Shown here in pieces: positions 26,546 to 35,417 of a stretch of 64,000 bases of DNA. Source of the DNA: Patescibacteria group bacterium (GTDB taxonomy: Bacteria; Patescibacteriota; Patescibacteriia; SBBC01; CAIJZX01); assembly GCA_038065275.1 (NCBI GenBank), contig JBBTRH010000012.1:14374-78373 (forward strand). The letters are read 5' to 3'. The translations under genes and the position numbers were made by a program. Within the stretch, counting starts at the first letter, position 1. Each line of letters begins with the position of its first letter. Below the pieces are notes generated by a model. That model was not told the DNA's origin. It searched no databases and worked only from the letters and a program-made list of their open reading frames with translations.

Positions 26546-27929
26546 TTACCTCACCTCCTCAACGGTAGAAGACGCGTATCGCACCCGGATATCCGTGGTG
26601 CCGCGTCGACCTTGCCGGTCGCGGACCTCGACTCGAATGGTGTTCCATTCGGGCTTGAGACCCTTGACCTCGGTCGTCCATTCGACGGTTGACCCCGACG
26701 CCATGAAAACATTCCGCGGCATCTGGTCGTTCAGCCTGACCGTCAGCCTGCTCACTCGACGATCATCAGTCGCTTGACCGATCAGACGGATAGACGGCGT
26801 TGAGACCACGACCCCATCGTCCGGGGAAATGATCATCACGTGGGGAACCTCGTTCTGGCACCCGGTGGCGAACAGTCCAGCCGCGAGTGAAATCCCTACC
26901 AGTCCCACGAACACGACGGTTATCACCCAGCCGAGCCAGGGGCCTCGCGGGCGCGGAACCTCCCGACGCTCTTCCGGACATTCCGGCTCACGCTTGCGCC
27001 AAGGGTAACGCTCGAGATTCTCGGGCGTGTACCGATCCTCTTCAATCGCCGCCTCGCGCTCGGCATTGCACTCGACCATCCATTCGTTAGCGTCCCCGAG
27101 TCCCTGGTTGATGTCGCGCAGGACGCGACGTCCGTACCGAGCCACCTGCCGACGCCAGCGCCGGAACTCCTCTTCCTTACCTGGAGACATCAGCCGCAAT
27201 TTGTTGGCCTCCGTCATCTCCAGGAAAATCTGCCGCTCTCTCGGCGTCATCTTCAGAAAGTGGATCAGCGTTTCCGGTGTAGGGAAGAACTTGTCCAGAC
27301 GAATGAACTCATGCTTCTGCTGAGGAGTCCACCGGCCCCACATCTTGACCAAGGTCTTCCAGTCCTCGTCCTCGAGCCCGAGAATCGAACCGATGATCTG
27401 GTCAGACTGACCGAGACCAAGGGTGTCGATCACCCGAGCGAGGTTGAATCGCGAAGCCAGCCTGGCCAGCGCTGAGTTCGAGATCCGCTTGGCCATGAAA
27501 TCCCCGACTTCCCGGAAAATGTGCTTGACATCATCCACACCCGGTGGCGTGAAGCCTTCCGGATATTCATCCGGGTACTTCGGCTTGACCTTCATGGTCT
27601 CGAAGTAGTTGTTGATCTCGTTGGCGGCATCTGCCATGAGAGCAATACCGAGATCTTGGAAGATCTTCAGGGCCGGGGAGGCCTTGATCGCGATCTCGAT
27701 CGGCAGGAGCATGAAGCGCAAACCTGCGTCGACCGCGTCCTTGACACGATTTTCGGCCTCCAGGTAGAGGTAGGCCACCTTGTGCCACAGCATTGAGTGC
27801 TTGCGACGCAAGTAGTCGAGCGTACCGATGATGGTGGCGCGACTGATCTTCAGCGCGTAGCCAGTCCAGATCGACGAGGTCCGTTCGATGATCCCCGCGA
27901 CTCCTTCGTTATCGCGTTTCTTTGCCACG
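26546..27929 (-). CDS. membrane-anchored hypothetical protein: ~330-aa cytoplasmic domain, one TM helix, ~110-aa beta-rich extracytoplasmic C-terminal domain
   Basis: GTG at 27929 preceded by AAGGAAAGGAG; TM WLGWVITVVFVGLVGISLAAGLFA; the longer track ORF reads through the promoter region and is not supported. Confidence 0.5.
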
Positions 27930-28030
27930 ACCGACTCCTTTCCTTGCGACCAGGACGCTCCCGGCCTAGGAAACTGCCGTCCATGGACAACTCCGCCCTT
28001 CATCCGTGAAGGGCTGTTGATACATCGCAT

Positions 28031-28093
28031 GTTGTCAATCTGCGATCCTTTGCAGTTACCCGCAACACTACCAGATAATTCGATTTTGTCAAC
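28031..28093 (-). promoter_or_regulatory. conserved promoter/leader motif copy 1: -35 TTGACA (28087-28092), 16-nt spacer, -10 TAGTGT (28065-28070), then conserved leader GCGGGTAACTGCAAAGGATCGCAGATTGACAAC
   Basis: ~60 bp, ~85% identical to 30733-30796; sigma70-like spacing. Confidence 0.6.
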
Positions 28094-28267
28094 TATAGTT
28101 TTCCGAGTGAAGCTCCACGACTTTGCGGCCGTGCCATTTTGGAATACGGAGTTTTGGGGAGCGAAACTTTCCCCGCCACGAAGGGTGCAGGACAAGAACC
28201 CCGAACCAGTTATGGTTCGGGGCCGCACCGTCCCACCCGTTACTCCGAAACTATACGGCGGAGGCGG

Positions 28268-28340
28268 AACTGGTGTGTGAATAAAAAAACACCGCCCGCG
28301 AACGAAGTCCGAGATTCGGACCACGTTCGGGGCGGGTTGG
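28268..28340 (-). terminator. intrinsic terminator (stem ccgccccgaacg..cgttcgcgggcgg enclosing gtccgagattcggac, then TGTTTTTTTAT) followed by CACACACCAG
   Basis: hairpin plus U-run ~15 nt after the stop of the 282-aa membrane protein gene. Confidence 0.6.
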
Positions 28341-28349
28341 TGAAAGAGC

Positions 28350-29198
28350 TTACTTCTTCCCCATAATCCACGAGGAGGGAATCATGGAGGATGGTTTTCC
28401 AGGGGCGGGGTGGGTGACGTTGTTCATCACCCACATCCCGACGATGATGATGACGGCGCCGAATAACGCCACCGGTAGCAGGTTTTTGATCGGCGATGGG
28501 GCGCCGACCGGCACGTTCCGGAACAGCACCCACTGCGCGGCCGTCACCAATACCAGTCCGCCAAACAGGACATAGAGAGGCAGGATTGGCGGTCGCTGTG
28601 AAAGAAACACAGCGATAATCCAGACCAGCAACCCAACGCTGAGGCAGATCCAGATCAGGCCCTCGACGGTGTTGAAGAAGCCCTGCCAGACGCCGCCGGT
28701 CTTTGGGATGACCGGCTTCGGCTGGGTACTGCTGGAGGTACCTGTCGATTTGACTTTGCGGCGTTGGCGGAACCAGACAACTAGGGTCACCAGCGCTACA
28801 CTACCACCGATCCACGCCCCCCAGAACAGCATGTCGTGCGAGGAAAGGCGCGGCCAGTTGAAATGCAGTAACGTGATTTGCGTACTCGCATTCTTCAGTT
28901 TCGTCGCCAGGATCACGGCGACGATGATGGTCAGCGGGAAGGTCTTTTGCCATCCCGACGAATGTTGCCACCATCCTTGGAGTCTCTTGACCACGGACGG
29001 TGACGGCCGCCACATCCACAGTCCGTAGCCGATGGCTGACAGGCCGAGCGCTGAGCCAACAATCCGCACTACCGGATTGTTGAAGTGGGTCAAGATCGAC
29101 CAGAGAGCACCGATGATCAGCGCCACGACGATCGTTCCCACCACAATGATGTTGAGGGCGGCGGCGACTGGTCGCCACCCTGGAAACTTGAGAGCCAT
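28350..29198 (-). CDS. polytopic membrane protein (282 aa), paralog of 25438..26544
   Basis: ~8 TM helices; shared C-terminal motif; 19 nt downstream of the flotillin gene, so co-operonic. Confidence 0.5.
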   Translation of the reverse strand: MALKFPGWRPVAAALNIIVVGTIVVALIIGALWSILTHFNNPVVRIVGSALGLSAIGYGLWMWRPSPSVVKRLQGWWQHSSGWQKTFPLTIIVAVILATKLKNASTQITLLHFNWPRLSSHDMLFWGAWIGGSVALVTLVVWFRQRRKVKSTGTSSSTQPKPVIPKTGGVWQGFFNTVEGLIWICLSVGLLVWIIAVFLSQRPPILPLYVLFGGLVLVTAAQWVLFRNVPVGAPSPIKNLLPVALFGAVIIIVGMWVMNNVTHPAPGKPSSMIPSSWIMGKK

Positions 29199-29216
29199 GC
29201 TCCCCTCCTCTCGAGG

Positions 29217-30662
29217 TTACGAGGTCGGGGGAGACTCGGCGCCACCCACGACCTTCTTGAGTTTTGCCGCCAAGTCCTTCGGATCCCTCTCGCCCAGCTG
29301 TCGAAGCTCTTCGAACAGCGGGGCAAACGGAGTGAACTGCGCCGGCAACTGCAGATAGACGGTCCGACCCTCGGTAGTCAGACCCGTACGGTAGGCTTCG
29401 GTGGCGAACCACCGCAGAAACGCGTCGCGTCCGGCTTCATCCGGTTGCTCACCGATCGAGAAGCCGGTGATCCGTGATACCGCTGCCACCTGGTCGGCCG
29501 CCGCCACAACTTTGATGCGTTCAGCATCCGCACCGGCAATCTTCTTGATTCGATCAGCTTCGGCGACAGCCACTTTCTCGATGGCCGCCGCTTTGCCTTC
29601 GGCTTCCAAGATGGCCTGGTTCCTGCTGGTCTGCGCCTCGACCAAGCGTCCAGCCTGTTCGGCTTTCTTCTTGGCGAACGCCTCGGCCGCCCGTTCGATC
29701 TCGCCGCTGACTTCCTGGGCGTCCTTGACGACCGCATTGGCGATGAAGATGCCCCAATCACGGAGTACCCGACTCCGGATTATGCTCTTACCAGGGTCGT
29801 CATCACTACAAAAAAGCTTGTAATCATTGTACTTAACAATCCGGTCCCTAGGATTCACGCCCAGATCGTCTTGAAGTTCCTGCTGAATCTTATCCAGCAG
29901 ACCGCTTCGCTCGAACCTGACGATGTCGGCGACCTGGCCGCCCTCGACGGAAACGACATTGACCAGCTCCAGCTCGGCTGTCTTGGCGCGTATCACCGGG
30001 TCGATCAGGCCCTTCAGGTCGTCCTGGAAGTTCCGGGCCCGGGCAATCATGTCATCAGGCACGATAATCTGAACATACAGCGTGACGTGCAAGTTTATCT
30101 CGATTTGGTCCTTCGACCGCATCGATGGCATGTACGCCAGCTTGTCTGCCTCGTCCGGGGTGAGGTAGGCCACCCCCTCGTCCTTTCTCGCATCTCGCGC
30201 CGTAAAAGACGCTCGCGCTTCCTCCGCCTTCTTGCGCAAGGCCTGTAGTTCTGCTTCCGGGGGCTGAAACGGAAATTCCAACCGCAGGATCTGCATCGGC
30301 ACGGCGTGCCGAGTGCCGCCACGCACGTACTCGTGGTACTGCGTGGGAGTCCAGGCCGCCAAACGGAATCGGTTGGTCGGAAAGCCGACCCGGACCAAAC
30401 CGGGGTGGCCCTTACGAACCCGATAGTGCGATCTGCCATTCGCCGCCAGGTCATCGTAAAACTTTCGCCACGAATCATCGAGCGGATTGACCTCCACCCG
30501 ACAAATGTTGTCGCCATCGACGACGAGGTAAGCGAAGTTCGTCTTCATCCTCGCCACCCAAAATCCTCGATCGGCCCACTTGTACAGCACCCAGTCAATG
30601 AGCAGGCGCGCCGCCCAGCCCACGACCAGGATGAAGCCGAACCACAACAACCACGTGATCAT
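29217..30662 (-). CDS. SPFH/band-7 flotillin-like protein (YqiK/FloT-type): N-terminal TM anchor, SPFH domain, Ala/Glu-rich coiled-coil repeats
   Basis: ATG 30662 preceded by GAGGAG; TM MITWLLWFGFILVVGWAARLL; coiled-coil EAEGKAAAIEKVAVAEADRIKKIAGADAERIKVVAAADQ typical of flotillins. Confidence 0.75.
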   Translation of the reverse strand: MITWLLWFGFILVVGWAARLLIDWVLYKWADRGFWVARMKTNFAYLVVDGDNICRVEVNPLDDSWRKFYDDLAANGRSHYRVRKGHPGLVRVGFPTNRFRLAAWTPTQYHEYVRGGTRHAVPMQILRLEFPFQPPEAELQALRKKAEEARASFTARDARKDEGVAYLTPDEADKLAYMPSMRSKDQIEINLHVTLYVQIIVPDDMIARARNFQDDLKGLIDPVIRAKTAELELVNVVSVEGGQVADIVRFERSGLLDKIQQELQDDLGVNPRDRIVKYNDYKLFCSDDDPGKSIIRSRVLRDWGIFIANAVVKDAQEVSGEIERAAEAFAKKKAEQAGRLVEAQTSRNQAILEAEGKAAAIEKVAVAEADRIKKIAGADAERIKVVAAADQVAAVSRITGFSIGEQPDEAGRDAFLRWFATEAYRTGLTTEGRTVYLQLPAQFTPFAPLFEELRQLGERDPKDLAAKLKKVVGGAESPPTS

Positions 30663-30732
30663 ATCGGACTCCTCTCGCGCGTTTGGAGAAACCCCAAAGC
30701 CCGCGCTATTTGCGCGTGCTCGTTTATATTCA

Positions 30733-30796
30733 ATTGTCAATTTACTATCCCTTACAGTAACCCGCGACACTACCAGATAATTCGATTTTTGTCAAC
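30733..30796 (-). promoter_or_regulatory. conserved promoter/leader motif copy 2: -35 TTGACA (30790-30795), 17-nt spacer, -10 TAGTGT (30767-30772); the -35 overlaps the terminal repeat of MITE copy B
   Basis: aligns with 28031-28093 over ~60 bp. Confidence 0.6.
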
Positions 30797-30903
30797 CCAG
30801 CACCACTTTGGCTAAAACAGTGCTTTTTTTGACCAAAGTTTTCTATGTGGATAAGCAAGTTTTTCCATCTATCTGAGAATCAACCAAAGTAGTGCTGGGT
30901 CAA
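30791..30903. mobile_element. MITE/REPIN-like element copy B: 21-bp terminal inverted repeats gtcaacccagcaccactttgg / ccaaagtagtgctgggtcaac, ~70-bp AT-rich core
   Basis: 20/21 terminal-repeat match; the core is weakly similar to the reverse complement of copy C. Confidence 0.6.
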
Positions 30904-31775
30904 CCACCGCCTTTTTCCCACCCGCCGTGTCCGTCCGTCTTCAATTGTACATCACCCCGCTCATCCGTGCGCCAGATAGTCAAACCCGCTTGCTTCAGCC
31001 GCAACAGCGCCGTCGGATGCGGATGATAATATCGGTTTCCCGCGCCGACGGAGATCACCGCCCAGGTCGCATTCACCGCCTGCAACCAGCGCACGCTGGA
31101 AGAAAATCGCGAGCCGTGGTGACCGACTTTCAGCAGGCCGGCCCGGACATCGGCGCCGCCATCAAGAATCCGGTCCTCAATGTCGCTCGACGCGTCGCCC
31201 ATCAGCATGGCCGAACTGCCGCCGCAGGAGAGCTTCAGAACAACTGAGGCGTCATTGACTCCCCCGCCTTCCGCCGCATTGTCACCGACGATATTTTTCT
31301 TGGTCAGGTCCTGGGCTGGCCAGAGAACATCGAACGTGGCCGCGCCAACAACGTATCGCTGACCGGCCAGTGCGTTGGTAACCGGAACATGTTGTTCGCC
31401 GAGCAAGGCGTGCCAAGTTTCGTACGCCCGTTGCTGGTACGGCAGGCTCGTGGCGAGCACGCGGCGGACCGTAAACCGCTCGGCCACCGCCACCAGTCCA
31501 TTCACATGATCGGCGTGCGGGTGAGTCAGCACCATCAATTCGATATCGCGGTCGCCGGCCGGCAACGCTTGGCTTAATCGATCGACCACGGTGTCATCCG
31601 GACCGCCATCGATTAGAATATCCTGATGGTCGCTCGTTTGGATGAGAATGGCATCACCTTGGCCGACATCAAGCGCCGTGAACGTGCATGCCTGATATAC
31701 CCCCCGGGGGTATATCCAAACCACCGCCAGCAGAACAGCGGCGGCACTAAGTAGAAGAAGTTTTTTGCGCATCAC
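30900..31775 (-). CDS. MBL-fold metallo-hydrolase matching the ComEC/Rec2 C-terminal lactamase domain, as a separate ORF with its own N-terminal TM/signal helix
   Basis: LDVGQGDAILIQT.., LTHPHADHVNGL, HHGS motifs; overlaps the upstream ComEC membrane ORF by 29 nt in a different frame. Confidence 0.7.
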   Translation of the reverse strand: MMRKKLLLLSAAAVLLAVVWIYPRGVYQACTFTALDVGQGDAILIQTSDHQDILIDGGPDDTVVDRLSQALPAGDRDIELMVLTHPHADHVNGLVAVAERFTVRRVLATSLPYQQRAYETWHALLGEQHVPVTNALAGQRYVVGAATFDVLWPAQDLTKKNIVGDNAAEGGGVNDASVVLKLSCGGSSAMLMGDASSDIEDRILDGGADVRAGLLKVGHHGSRFSSSVRWLQAVNATWAVISVGAGNRYYHPHPTALLRLKQAGLTIWRTDERGDVQLKTDGHGGWEKGGG

Positions 31776-33186
31776 GAGTAATTAATTTAATTGCCAGGGC
31801 GACAAAGACCAGACCGCTAAAAATTGTTACGGCCGGGGCCAAGTAGATCAAGGCGTTCGGTAGCGACGCGCCGGTAGTAATCAACCACACAATTAACCGT
31901 AACAAGGCGTCACTCACCGGTACAGTCACCGGCGCCAGCCAGGGAATCCACAGCCCCAGCAAACTGACCGCCCCGACGGCCATTGACAGCGGAATCAACG
32001 GCAGGACCAGGGTGTTCACCAGGGGCGCCACTAGCGACAATCGCCCGAACCGCCACAGCAACAACGGTTCGGTCATGACGATGGCGGCCAGGGTGGTGGC
32101 GAGATTATCGCGCAACCCGAACTTGGCGGATACCCACGGCAAAACCGCCGTCATTGGTTTCGACAGCGCCACCAACCCGACCGTTGCCAGGAACGATAAC
32201 TGAAAACCAAGGTCGTGCCAGACGATCAACGGATTCACGATCGCCATCAATAGCGCCGTGTAGGCCAACAATCGCCCGACGTTGATCGGGCGGCCGATGA
32301 ACAGCCCGACTTGCACCACTACGGCCATGATCGCCGCTCGCACGACTGACGCCGAAGCGCCGCTCATGACCACAAACGCAATCAGTAATCCCAGCGCCGG
32401 TATCCACGCCCAGCGCCGACCAATTAACTTAACTAACCAATTGACTGCCATCGCCATGATGATCGTCACATTAAATCCCGACAATGCCACAATATGCGTT
32501 GTCCCCGTTGCCTGAAATGCCGTGTTCAGCCGATCCGGCATGCCGTCCGTGTTGCCGACCAGGATGCCGTTGAGCAACGACGCTTGCGGTTCGTTGTACT
32601 GCTGGCGGACGTAGGTCAGCAGGCGTTCCTGCCACCGCCCGAGCGTCGCCCGCCATGATACGAGATGGCGCCGGACAACATCAACCGTCAAAGTGGCGCA
32701 ACGGGCATGAACGCCGTGCGACCACCGCCGGCGTTGCGATATCTCGGTCAGCGCCGTTATTTCACACGTCACCCGAACTTGCGTTCCCGCGCGAATGGTC
32801 GGGATCGCCGGAACTGACACAAGAATTTTCCCAACCATAGGCTTGCCGCTGGCAGTGACATCAGTCAGTTCAAACCGTTGCGCCGTCCCGTCAATCGTCG
32901 ACGGCAGAACCACTTCGCCCTCGGCCGTCATCGTTTGTCCGACGTAGCGGCTGATGTCATTCGCCGCGACGGTCAAAGCGCCGCCCATCCGCCAAACACC
33001 GAGCATCGCGCCAAGCAACGCTACGCTCACCCACCGCCCGCGGCGGACGCTCAACAGCGCCACGGCGATACTGCCCGCCGCCACAGTCAGCGGTGTCGGC
33101 GCGCGCCAAACCTCACCGGCGGCTAATCCGGCGCAAAATGAAGTTAAGAATACAAACAACAGCGGCCTGGACATAATGTTGGCCAC
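31747..33186 (-). CDS. comEC: ComEC/Rec2-like competence membrane channel (DUF4131 plus Competence domains) lacking the fused lactamase domain
   Basis: N-terminal TM then OB-like region, then ~8 TM helices with ComEC-typical spacing. Confidence 0.65.
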   Translation of the reverse strand: MANIMSRPLLFVFLTSFCAGLAAGEVWRAPTPLTVAAGSIAVALLSVRRGRWVSVALLGAMLGVWRMGGALTVAANDISRYVGQTMTAEGEVVLPSTIDGTAQRFELTDVTASGKPMVGKILVSVPAIPTIRAGTQVRVTCEITALTEISQRRRWSHGVHARCATLTVDVVRRHLVSWRATLGRWQERLLTYVRQQYNEPQASLLNGILVGNTDGMPDRLNTAFQATGTTHIVALSGFNVTIIMAMAVNWLVKLIGRRWAWIPALGLLIAFVVMSGASASVVRAAIMAVVVQVGLFIGRPINVGRLLAYTALLMAIVNPLIVWHDLGFQLSFLATVGLVALSKPMTAVLPWVSAKFGLRDNLATTLAAIVMTEPLLLWRFGRLSLVAPLVNTLVLPLIPLSMAVGAVSLLGLWIPWLAPVTVPVSDALLRLIVWLITTGASLPNALIYLAPAVTIFSGLVFVALAIKLITRDAQKTSST

Positions 33187-33228
33187 CGAATCTGTCTAAA
33201 ATTAGACTATAACGTTTCTTACTTTTGT

Positions 33229-33342
33229 GTCAACCCAGCACCACTTTGGTTGAATTGTCGTTATTTCCTCAAATGCTCATTTTAGAACCAAAAACATTTC
33301 TTTGTCAGAACACCATTTGAGCCAAAGTGGTGCTGGGTCAAC
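33229..33342. mobile_element. MITE/REPIN-like element copy C: perfect 21-bp terminal inverted repeats gtcaacccagcaccactttgg / ccaaagtggtgctgggtcaac
   Basis: 21/21 terminal-repeat match; 72-bp AT-rich core. Confidence 0.65.
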
Positions 33343-33582
33343 ATTCACAATACAGTTACGGACTTTGCGAGATTTACCGGCTGGTCTACGTTCATTCCTC
33401 TACATTCCGCCGCCGCTAGGGCCAGGATCTGCAACGGGATCATGGCCGTGATGGCCGATAAGACGCCGTAGTGCACCGCCGGGACGGCGATGGCGCAGGG
33501 GATGCAGGTAAAGACCTGGTGGCCCGGGAAGCCGCCGCCCGCTGGCCGATGTACCCGACGATGCCGCACATAGAGAAAGAGT

Positions 33583-34723
33583 TTACCCGTTTTCGCCGCC
33601 ACCTTCAATTCTCGGCCGTCCGGCTTTGATCCAACGTAAATACGCTTCCATGAACGGCAGGAGGTCGCCGTTGAGCACCTGATCGACTTGCGACGTTTCC
33701 TGTTTGGTACGGTGGTCTTTGACCATCCGATACGGCTGGAGAACGTAGGAACGTATCTGGTTCCCCCAGGCGGCTTCGTGATATTCGCCTCGCAATTGAG
33801 ATTTCTCTTCCGCGCGTTTGGCTAGGCTCAGCTGGTGAAGTTTTGCTTTCAGAATTTTCATCGCCGTCTCCTTGTTTTGCGTCTGCGACCGTTCGTTCTG
33901 TACTGACACCATAATCTTCGTCGGCAAATGGACAACGCGGACCGCCGAATAGGTTGTTTGCACGCTCTGGCCGCCATGACCTGACGATAAGAACGTATCA
34001 ATGCGCAGATCTTTCGGGTCAAGTTTCACTTCCTCAACGTCCTCCAGTTCCGGAATCACTTCAACCAAGGCGAACGAGGTGTGGCGCATTTTTTCCGCGT
34101 CGAACGGCGATATCCGAACTAAGCGGTGGACACCGGCTTCACTTTTCAAGTAGCCAAACGCATACCGACCCTCCACTTCGAAGGTCATGCTCTTGATCCC
34201 CGCTTCGCCGCCTTTAGATTCGTCGAGGATTCTTATTTTCCAGCCCTGCCCGTCCGGCAGGCGGGCGCGTTGTTCGCAAAATCTGAGCAACATCCGCGCC
34301 AGCATCTCCGCCCAGTCCATGGCGTCGGTGCCGCCGGTGCCGGCGTGGACGCTGATGATGGCGTTCGATTGGTCGTGCTCGTCGTTCAGGAGCAAGGTGA
34401 ATTCCAGTTGCCGATATTGCTCCTCAAGTGTACCGATGTGACCTTCGACTTCTTTCCGCTGGCTCTCTTCAGCCATCGCCGCTAGTTCGATCCACGATTG
34501 GACCTCTTGTTCGATCGTCTGCCAGTCGTCAACTTCGTCTTTCAGCGTTTTCAACTGGCGGCTTTTGGCCTCGGCATTTTTCCGGTCCGCCCAAAACTCC
34601 GACGCGTTCATCGCCTCCTCAAGTTCACCGATCTGTTGACGTTTCTGATCGAGGTCAAAGCAAGCCCCGGGCAGAAAGCAGTTTCTGCCGGAGGCTCTCC
34701 AGTCGTCGAATAAGGTCGTTCAT
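33583..34723 (-). CDS. prfB: peptide chain release factor 2 with programmed +1 ribosomal frameshift (CTT TGA C, internal Shine-Dalgarno-like GGGGC 3 nt upstream)
   Basis: frame 0 MNDLIRRLESLRQKLLSARGLL-TGA; +1 frame continues DLDQKRQQIGELEEAMNASEFW..; SPF motif (VRISPFD) and GGQ (SGHGGQSVQ); shift site at 34654-34660 (minus). Confidence 0.85.
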
Positions 34724-34727
34724 GGTG

Positions 34728-34847
34728 TTATATGTGGGCGCAGTCCCGCACCGGAGCGACTGGAGGGAGTGACTGGTGCGTGGGCAAGCCCCGAGCAGAA
34801 GTGATCTTCTGCCGGAGGCTCTCCAGTTTACGTACTAAATCTTGCAT
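34728..34847 (-). other. uORF-2: 40-codon ORF whose first 21 codons duplicate the prfB N-terminus (MQDLVRKLESLRQKITSARGL) but lack the UGA shift site; stop 5 nt before the prfB ATG
   Basis: ~75% nucleotide identity to the first 66 nt of prfB, including the GGGGCTTGC element. Confidence 0.45.
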
Positions 34848-34852
34848 GCGAA

Positions 34853-34933
34853 TTAATAATTGTTGTGGCTTGCCCCGAACCCGAGCGAAGCGAGTGGTTT
34901 GGGGTGCTCCAGGCGTTTAACGAGATCGTTCAT
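34853..34933 (-). other. uORF-3: 27-codon ORF, a third more diverged copy of the prfB 5' end (MNDLVKRLEHPKPLASLGFGASHNNY)
   Basis: begins ATGAACGATCTCGTTAAACGCCTGGAG, compared with ATGAACGACCTTATTCGACGACTGGAG in prfB. Confidence 0.4.
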
Positions 34934-34956
34934 AGTCACAACACCTTACCCTATTT

Positions 34957-35382
34957 CTAATAACGACGCAAACATTGCACCAACTCGGCCGTCATTGTCC
35001 AGCCGCAAATCCCATTCAGCTGTCGTTCACACCTGGCCGATATGTAACAGGCATACTCCGGTCGCGCTTCGCAGGTGGTGATGACTTCGTGGTCGTCGCA
35101 GATTTGCCCGCTACAACCGGTAATGATACACCCGTTACTGGTTCGGCTGTTTGTATTTGTTACAGCCTTCGGGCAAACCGCAAACTCGCAGTTCGGTCCG
35201 GTCCGGACGACCGCGCTACCATCGGGACAAATCTTGGCTTCCGCGGTACAAGCGCGATTAACATGAGAATTATTCGTGACTTTTTGCGGAACTAATGAAA
35301 GGCTCCCCCAGATCAATCCCACCGTCAACAGTGAGAAAACTCCGACAAGGATCAGAAGCCGAGTATTGCCTTGATGATGCAT
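34957..35382 (-). CDS. secreted cysteine-rich small protein (14 Cys; signal anchor then C-rich domain)
   Basis: MHHQGNTRLLILVGVFSLLTVGLIWG signal; patterns CPDGS..NCEF.VCPK, GCIITGCSGQICDD. Confidence 0.4.
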   Translation of the reverse strand: MHHQGNTRLLILVGVFSLLTVGLIWGSLSLVPQKVTNNSHVNRACTAEAKICPDGSAVVRTGPNCEFAVCPKAVTNTNSRTSNGCIITGCSGQICDDHEVITTCEARPEYACYISARCERQLNGICGWTMTAELVQCLRRY

Positions 35383-35417
35383 GCAGGTATTATAGCGAAG
35401 TTTCAACAGAAAAAGAA

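Noticed and set aside
24300-30800. Prophage or integrative element next to tRNA-Asp
   Set aside because: There is no integrase, recombinase or phage structural gene and no clear att duplication at the 3' end of the tRNA. The region reads as a chromosomal accessory membrane module.
33345-33608. 87-aa ORF overlapping the 3' end of prfB
   Set aside because: It overlaps the prfB stop region, is Cys/Ala-rich with odd composition, and abuts the MITE copy, so it is likely non-coding.
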